A DNA stretch of 64,000 nt from Escherichia coli (GTDB lineage: Bacteria > Pseudomonadota > Gammaproteobacteria > Enterobacterales > Enterobacteriaceae), in the NCBI RefSeq assembly GCF_024502345.1, contig NZ_JALDNN010000001.1. One strand, written 5' to 3'. Positions 59,123-64,000 of the stretch are shown piece by piece. Under the pieces are notes generated by a model, which was not told the origin of the DNA, searched no databases, and saw only the letters and a list, made by a program, of their open reading frames with translations. Every line of letters starts with the position of its first letter. Position 1 is the stretch's first letter. The position numbers and the translations under genes were made by a program.

Positions 59123-59710
59123 TTTTATCCTGTTATCGATTCTTGGTTTCGGCTATTGCTGCGATTTTATCGCAATTTTACTTCTTTGACAGGTTTGAGT
59201 GATGCCTGATAGCCTCCCCAATGAAGGTTAAAATGGTTAATGAAATGTACAGAGAATCAATCGGATATGCTGTTTCGATTTCTGGAGCATCATTAGCGGT
59301 GTTTAGGGGCAGTTCATTACATTTCTGACCTTGTATAGATATGCCGTGATGAAATAAACGTTCACAGCCATCATCTGATCGGTGTGCAACAAAGGCGTCA
59401 TTCATTAAATACGCAGAGAGCCTGACTTATTGCGTCAACGGGTGAGTTACAATGTTGAATCTGGTAACGCCAAAACTGTGTAATTATCTACGCTAAATCA
59501 TTTCTGGTTAGCGTGACCGACGCCGGCGGTCTTAAGATGTACAATTCTTACTGTCTCCGAATGAATTTTATTTATTCAAACAGACTTGGGTGATATTATT
59601 ATCAAGTGAAAATGCCTGTTACCTACCTTGATGATATATACAGTGTTTTTACAGATGAATTTATATGTTTGTAATCAATGCGTGAGTTTGATGTTTTTAA
59701 GGTTAGTTAA

Positions 59711-60031
59711 ATGAAACAGCTATTGGATTTTATAATTGGAAGTTGTGTGGATAACAGAACCAAATTTCAGTTGCTTGCAGTTTGTTATCCAAAATGTAAG
59801 GATGATGAAGTGATGTTGATTTTGCGCTGGAGGGTAGCTGATTTGTATGCGCATGAACTGGAAGTTCAGAATTATCTTTTTAGAGAGCTGGAAGGTATCA
59901 TAGAGAAAATCACGGGCCTGCCTGAAACCTATTTTGTATCAAGCTATAAATCACTATTGACCGATGATTTTAGAGAACTCACAGCAGCGGGGGTTGATGT
60001 TTGTAAGTTTATTATGGAAAACAAAGGTTAG
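59711..60031 (+). CDS. hypothetical small protein (106 aa) in the variable slot between hsdM and the WYL module
   Basis: AT-rich ORF with AAGG SD 8 nt upstream; divergent from hsdM; occupies the position held by the GmrSD-like gene in the left-hand locus. Confidence 0.4.
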   Translation: MKQLLDFIIGSCVDNRTKFQLLAVCYPKCKDDEVMLILRWRVADLYAHELEVQNYLFRELEGIIEKITGLPETYFVSSYKSLLTDDFRELTAAGVDVCKFIMENKG

Positions 60032-60146
60032 TTGGATAAGAACCAACACATTTTCAGGTTCTGTTCTGGCTGAGGAACCTGAATATTCAATCAATGTGTT
60101 AGTTCTATTTTTGATGGTTAGATTTAAATGTGATTCTTTTGCGGTG

Positions 60147-60482
60147 TTATACTGCTGTTATGCATCTAAAAAGCTGACGGCTTTGTTTATGTTTTATGTT
60201 CGGATAGATTCTCATCGCAGCTGCACAGAGAGGTGAAACCTGCCTTGCTATATTTTTACCAAAGTTAACAAGAAGACCATGCTTGATCTTTTCACTATTC
60301 GTTCTGACTTTGATGACAAAGCTGAACTGATATACGATTACCTCAATGAGGTCATTGCCAAATGTTATACTGGCAGCGTTGTTTATTTCATGTTCATAAT
60401 TCCTCAGGTCAGTGTTAAGTCTTGCTGTTGCATCTACAAGTGCGTATTCTTTATCGATAATCATAACTTTCTCACTTATCAT
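60147..60482 (-). CDS. hypothetical protein (111 aa), paralog of 2787..3116
   Basis: Last gene of the module operon; conservative substitutions versus its paralog. Confidence 0.45.
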   Translation of the reverse strand: MISEKVMIIDKEYALVDATARLNTDLRNYEHEINNAASITFGNDLIEVIVYQFSFVIKVRTNSEKIKHGLLVNFGKNIARQVSPLCAAAMRIYPNIKHKQSRQLFRCITAV

Positions 60483-60522
60483 GTTAATGTGATTTAATCA
60501 TCACTAATAATATGTTGTGATT

Positions 60523-61236
60523 TTAATTGCGATTATTCGGTTGTTTTGCCCCGTAATGCATTATCTGATGAATAATGTTCATGTGGGGTAAGGCTTCCAT
60601 AAAGTCAGACTGTTCAATCAGCGAAATGAGTGTGTTATCGATCTCAAACGTTGTATCCGGTAATACCTCAACCAGCCTGATTCGGGACAGGGAAATAACG
60701 AACACGCCCGATGACGTACATCCGGCAAGAAACCACTCCGCATGGCTGCAAAGCAGACGGTAGGGATGAACGGTATGGCTGACGTTTTCGTCGGTTCTGA
60801 TACGCACCTGGGTCTGGTTAAGTATGGCGAGCGTCAGTCTGCTGAAATCACCGAAAAGGGTGGGTTTCTGGCGCGGCTCCGGTAGCATAATCCTGTATGG
60901 CGAGGGACGTTCCCCGTCAAGCATCAGGCTCAGTAGTTTGGCATCCATCGCGGGTAACAGACGGTCAAGATGCAGCAACCTCGCCAGTATCTTCATATCC
61001 CGTTCCGTGCGGCGACGAAAGTAATGTGAGGCAAGCTGATACACGCCGTTGCTCTGTTCAATATCAAGGTAGGTCAGACGGACGTTGAAATCCCGTCGCA
61101 GCGTTCGCGTCGTCACTCCAAATTCTTCTGCCAGCGTCCCGATATGCAGCTTTTCACCCTGAAACAAACGGCTCAGGATGATGGAAAGGCGGGTTGCCAG
61201 TCTGTCATGTTCGTTTTCTTGTGTTATCAGCGTCAT
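60523..61236 (-). CDS. HTH-WYL domain transcriptional regulator (paralog of 3157..3870)
   Basis: 237 aa; same motifs as the left-hand copy. Confidence 0.6.
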   Translation of the reverse strand: MTLITQENEHDRLATRLSIILSRLFQGEKLHIGTLAEEFGVTTRTLRRDFNVRLTYLDIEQSNGVYQLASHYFRRRTERDMKILARLLHLDRLLPAMDAKLLSLMLDGERPSPYRIMLPEPRQKPTLFGDFSRLTLAILNQTQVRIRTDENVSHTVHPYRLLCSHAEWFLAGCTSSGVFVISLSRIRLVEVLPDTTFEIDNTLISLIEQSDFMEALPHMNIIHQIMHYGAKQPNNRN

Positions 61237-61338
61237 ACATCATTTCCGAATTTAGCCGGGAAATGATGCCAGCAGTAGCGGACAGGATTTGTCCGCCCTC
61301 TGAAGTTTTTTAAAGTCTGAATACCTTAAATGTAAGTG

Positions 61339-62088
61339 CTAAACGTCAGTATTCTCAGGTGAATAAAGATGCTTCTGGCGCATGTAGGCAATAAAAATGC
61401 AGGATGGTAGCGTCACCCGGTATGCGGGACCGGCTAAATCAATCAGCAGCCAGAGAGAACTGAGCACCCAGCCCACGGGACCGGCAAAAGCGCCCATGGT
61501 ACGCGTCAGCATGGCATTTCCTGCAACGGTCAGCCCTCTGCCTAACAGGGCTTTCGCCACACCATTTGTGACAACAAGTGCCATCTGATAGGCCGCAAAC
61601 CCGGATGTTTTAATCCCCGCCTGGATTGCCATGGTCAGCAGCTCCGGCGTGGGATTGCTGTAGCCTGTCTGCAATTCTTCCGCCACGGTCTTTAGCTGAG
61701 CGGGTGTCATCTTCTCAAGGCTTTTCTCCAGGATCTTCATCAGCAGATTCATTTCAATGGTTTCAACACTGGATTTGCTGTTGTAGTTCACCTTCATTTT
61801 ATCGCAGGCATCGGTAAGAATTTCCCGGTACAGCACCCCTTTACCCCAGCGGAGCAGCGTGGCAAAGCTGTTCGCCCCAAACGTCTGAACTTCGGCGGCA
61901 ATGGCATCCCAGTAGCGCGGGTGGTTGGGCTTGTGTTTTTTATACTGAGGATCATAGGTCAGCGTTTCCGTGATGCGTGCCAGTCCGTCTTTCGGATCGC
62001 AGATAAGCACAGAAACCAGTAAATCCAGATCGTCACGATGACAGTGGCGCAGAAACTCAAGGTCGGGGTCGTGTCGGTAGGTAGCCAT
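61339..62088 (-). CDS. hypothetical protein (249 aa) with Gly/Ala-rich hydrophobic C-terminal segment
   Basis: GAGGTGA SD; C-terminus ...GVAKALLGRGLTVAGNAMLTRTMGAFAGPVGWVLSSLWLLIDLAGPAY looks membrane-associated; first gene of the module. Confidence 0.55.
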   Translation of the reverse strand: MATYRHDPDLEFLRHCHRDDLDLLVSVLICDPKDGLARITETLTYDPQYKKHKPNHPRYWDAIAAEVQTFGANSFATLLRWGKGVLYREILTDACDKMKVNYNSKSSVETIEMNLLMKILEKSLEKMTPAQLKTVAEELQTGYSNPTPELLTMAIQAGIKTSGFAAYQMALVVTNGVAKALLGRGLTVAGNAMLTRTMGAFAGPVGWVLSSLWLLIDLAGPAYRVTLPSCIFIAYMRQKHLYSPENTDV

Positions 62089-62231
62089 ATTTCACCTCAT
62101 TGCAGATATTGGACCTGACAGTTTAAGGAAGCACCCGGACAGGGTTTGTCCGCCTGAAAAACAAAAAAGTAAAAAAAAACCTACCCGAAAGCAGGTTTCT
62201 GTTCACCGGATGGAGGTATAACGCGTCGGGA

Positions 62232-62618
62232 TTACTTTCCGCGCCATTCCTTTTCCACTTTATCCGCAAAGGCATCGCACTGCCGGGCATATTCCGGGTT
62301 ATACAGAAGCTCCGACTGCGAAAGCTGCATGGCGGTCATGCTGCCGTTACGGGCGTTCGATTCGAGCCAGGTTCTGCCATAGGTTTGGTTCATCACCTGA
62401 AGTACCCTGTTGAATACCGGTCCGTTGAAGCGGGCATTGAGATTAACGCCTTTTACCTGAAGGCCGCTGTCACTGGTCTGGGTCAGGCGGGTGGAGTACA
62501 TCGCGCAGAAGGTCGAATTGGTAATCATCTGAGCGTCAGCCTGCTCGTCGGCGAACGCGCTGTGGCTGAAGGCGGAAAGCAGAATTGCGGCGGTTAACAG
62601 TTTTAAAGTTTTCATCAT
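62232..62618 (-). CDS. secreted small protein (128 aa) with cleavable signal peptide
   Basis: MMKTLKLLTAAILLSAFSHSAFA then ADEQ...: typical Sec signal peptide with AxA cleavage site. Confidence 0.55.
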   Translation of the reverse strand: MMKTLKLLTAAILLSAFSHSAFADEQADAQMITNSTFCAMYSTRLTQTSDSGLQVKGVNLNARFNGPVFNRVLQVMNQTYGRTWLESNARNGSMTAMQLSQSELLYNPEYARQCDAFADKVEKEWRGK

Positions 62619-62692
62619 GTTCCCTTATGGATTGAAAAGCGGAGACAGCCTGCCATACGGGGTGGTCAGGAGATGTCCGGCAGAGAAAAAAG

Positions 62693-62932
62693 TCAGGGTT
62701 TCAGCGAGGGAGCCAGTCGCCAGCGGTGAGGGCCAGCGGATTCCAGCACAAAGGCCAGTTGAGCGAGGTCCCGTCTTGCTGTGCGGGGAGAGACGTCAAA
62801 CTGCCGGATGATGTAGCGAACAGATATTGTCTGACCGTAAAACAGGGCCATGGTCAGCCGGATAAGCCGTTCTCCCTGTCCGGTGACACGTTGCCTGCAA
62901 CGGCTGGCTTTCATCGTTGCCATACGCGCCAT
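62693..62932 (-). CDS. short HTH protein (79 aa) resembling the N-terminal domain of the YfjR-like regulators
   Basis: GERLIRLTMALFYGQTISVRYIIRQFDVSPRTARRDLAQL parallels the HTH of 7578..8228; no WYL-like segment follows. Confidence 0.35.
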   Translation of the reverse strand: MARMATMKASRCRQRVTGQGERLIRLTMALFYGQTISVRYIIRQFDVSPRTARRDLAQLAFVLESAGPHRWRLAPSLKP

Positions 62933-63375
62933 CGGTCCCCTTTCTGAAAAGAATCGAGGTGTCTGGCAAGCCAGATATCAGGGCACGAATCGCCGGTAAC
63001 GCAGCGGGCAGTAAACCGGTGGCAGTTAAAGTCGAGCAGGCTATAAGGATAGCGCTGACCCACTGCCGCCTTTGCCCGTTCAGCGGCCTGTGCACAACCC
63101 TGAGGCGTCAAATCCATACAGTCGGTATACACCGAGATAGCGGAGTTCCAGCCATCGAGCCGGTCAAGAAACCCTTTGGCCTTACTTTTGATAACGGTTC
63201 CATCGCCATCAAGATGAACAATATCGCCGTTACCCACATAGATACCGCTGTGTGCGGCAAGGCCAAAAAGCAGTTCGCACTGCACGATACCACCGTAAGC
63301 CGGTTCATCGACGCAGGAGAGAATGCAGTTATCGATAAATGAATCCACGAAGTTCAGCAGCAGAAGCCGGTACAT
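62911..63375 (-). CDS. LRAT-like (permuted NlpC/P60 papain-fold) protein
   Basis: Start placed at MYRLLLLNF (AAGGAA SD); His motif AHSGIYVGNGDIVHL precedes Cys motif FNCHRF, the LRAT-type order. Confidence 0.5.
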   Translation of the reverse strand: MYRLLLLNFVDSFIDNCILSCVDEPAYGGIVQCELLFGLAAHSGIYVGNGDIVHLDGDGTVIKSKAKGFLDRLDGWNSAISVYTDCMDLTPQGCAQAAERAKAAVGQRYPYSLLDFNCHRFTARCVTGDSCPDIWLARHLDSFQKGDRWRVWQR

Positions 63376-63433
63376 AACATTCAGTTCCTTACTACGGGGG
63401 AGAGGGGGGATGCGGGGGAAACGTTGTGAACAC

Positions 63434-63862
63434 TCAGCTTTGCCACAACGTACGGACCGTGAAAACCCCCATATCGTGGTAAGCCATAAAGTTACTTTCC
63501 CACAGCGACCAGAACTCACGGGCGTCGACATGAGAGATATCGCCACAACGGGAAAGCCACGTGTATTGTTGCGTCCAGCTCACATCGACATCTTTTTCAA
63601 GCTCAGGCCATGGATGCCCTGCATAGTGAAAATCGGTGACGTAATCGAGCTGCCAGTCTTCTCCGGCAGGGATGAGGCGTATTTCGACCGGATGCCAGCC
63701 GCCCTTTTCCGGTGAGTATTCAGGGTCACGAAAGTTAATGGTTAATCCGGTGATGGGGTGACGATGAGGCGGTTTTTGCGCGAGGATATCCAGAAGCAGT
63801 TGGGTGAACGACCGGGAGAGCGGCAGCACATAGCCGCCCTGCAATATTACGGGTGATGACAT
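63434..63862 (-). CDS. hypothetical protein (142 aa) immediately upstream of the LRAT-like gene
   Basis: ORF MSSPVILQGGYVLPLSRSFTQLLLDILAQKPPHRHPITGL...; Trp-rich; no motif recognised. Confidence 0.45.
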   Translation of the reverse strand: MSSPVILQGGYVLPLSRSFTQLLLDILAQKPPHRHPITGLTINFRDPEYSPEKGGWHPVEIRLIPAGEDWQLDYVTDFHYAGHPWPELEKDVDVSWTQQYTWLSRCGDISHVDAREFWSLWESNFMAYHDMGVFTVRTLWQS

Positions 63863-64000
63863 AGTGAATTTCCTGATTTTTGGTTAACAGAACACAGAAA
63901 AAGCGGGGTTAGTCCTGGCTGAGCGTAGCAAGCTGCGTCATACGATGCTGCCAGTCGGCATAGCAGCGGTGCATAAAGAGTCTGCTGCTGTCCGCTTCGA

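Overview
Enterobacteriaceae (Escherichia-like) chromosomal mosaic, dense in defence genes and insertion sequences. No database search or computation was run: family calls rest on conserved motifs, gene order and recalled similarity, and all coordinates were read by hand. Both window ends carry paralogous defence loci. The right end has a complete Type IC (EcoR124-like) hsdM-hsdS-hsdR operon followed by a 16-aa tandem-repeat gene, and upstream of hsdM a conserved module (111-aa protein, HTH-WYL regulator, 249-aa protein), then a secreted protein, a short HTH protein and an LRAT-like protein. The left end repeats the hsdM 5' part and the module, but has a 1.9-kb DUF262/DUF1524 (GmrSD-like) nuclease gene in the slot that holds a 106-aa ORF in the right copy. 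Next comes a decayed CP4-57-like island (tyrosine integrase, yfjP/yfjQ/yfjR-like genes, an orphan AT-rich 308-aa gene, IS903, yagK/yfjJ-like gene) fused into a 5'-truncated appC. Housekeeping blocks follow: appCBXA, an etk 3' fragment, IS5, ykgEFG-dld-lactate permease, IS1, TetR/AraC regulators, a GGDEF cyclase, an AI-2E transporter, mmuPM, tauABCD, a bifunctional acyltransferase, hemB, a second IS5 and an AIDA-type autotransporter. An IS nest (IS30 between inverted IS911-like fragments), an IS1-truncated chemoreceptor gene and a P4-type integrase beside a 49-nt tRNA-Phe 3' fragment lie before the right-hand hsd locus. No CRISPR array or rRNA was seen. The strongest novelty candidates are the synonymous-only tandem-repeat ORF downstream of hsdR, the WYL-regulated module with a swappable cassette, and the orphan 308-aa gene.
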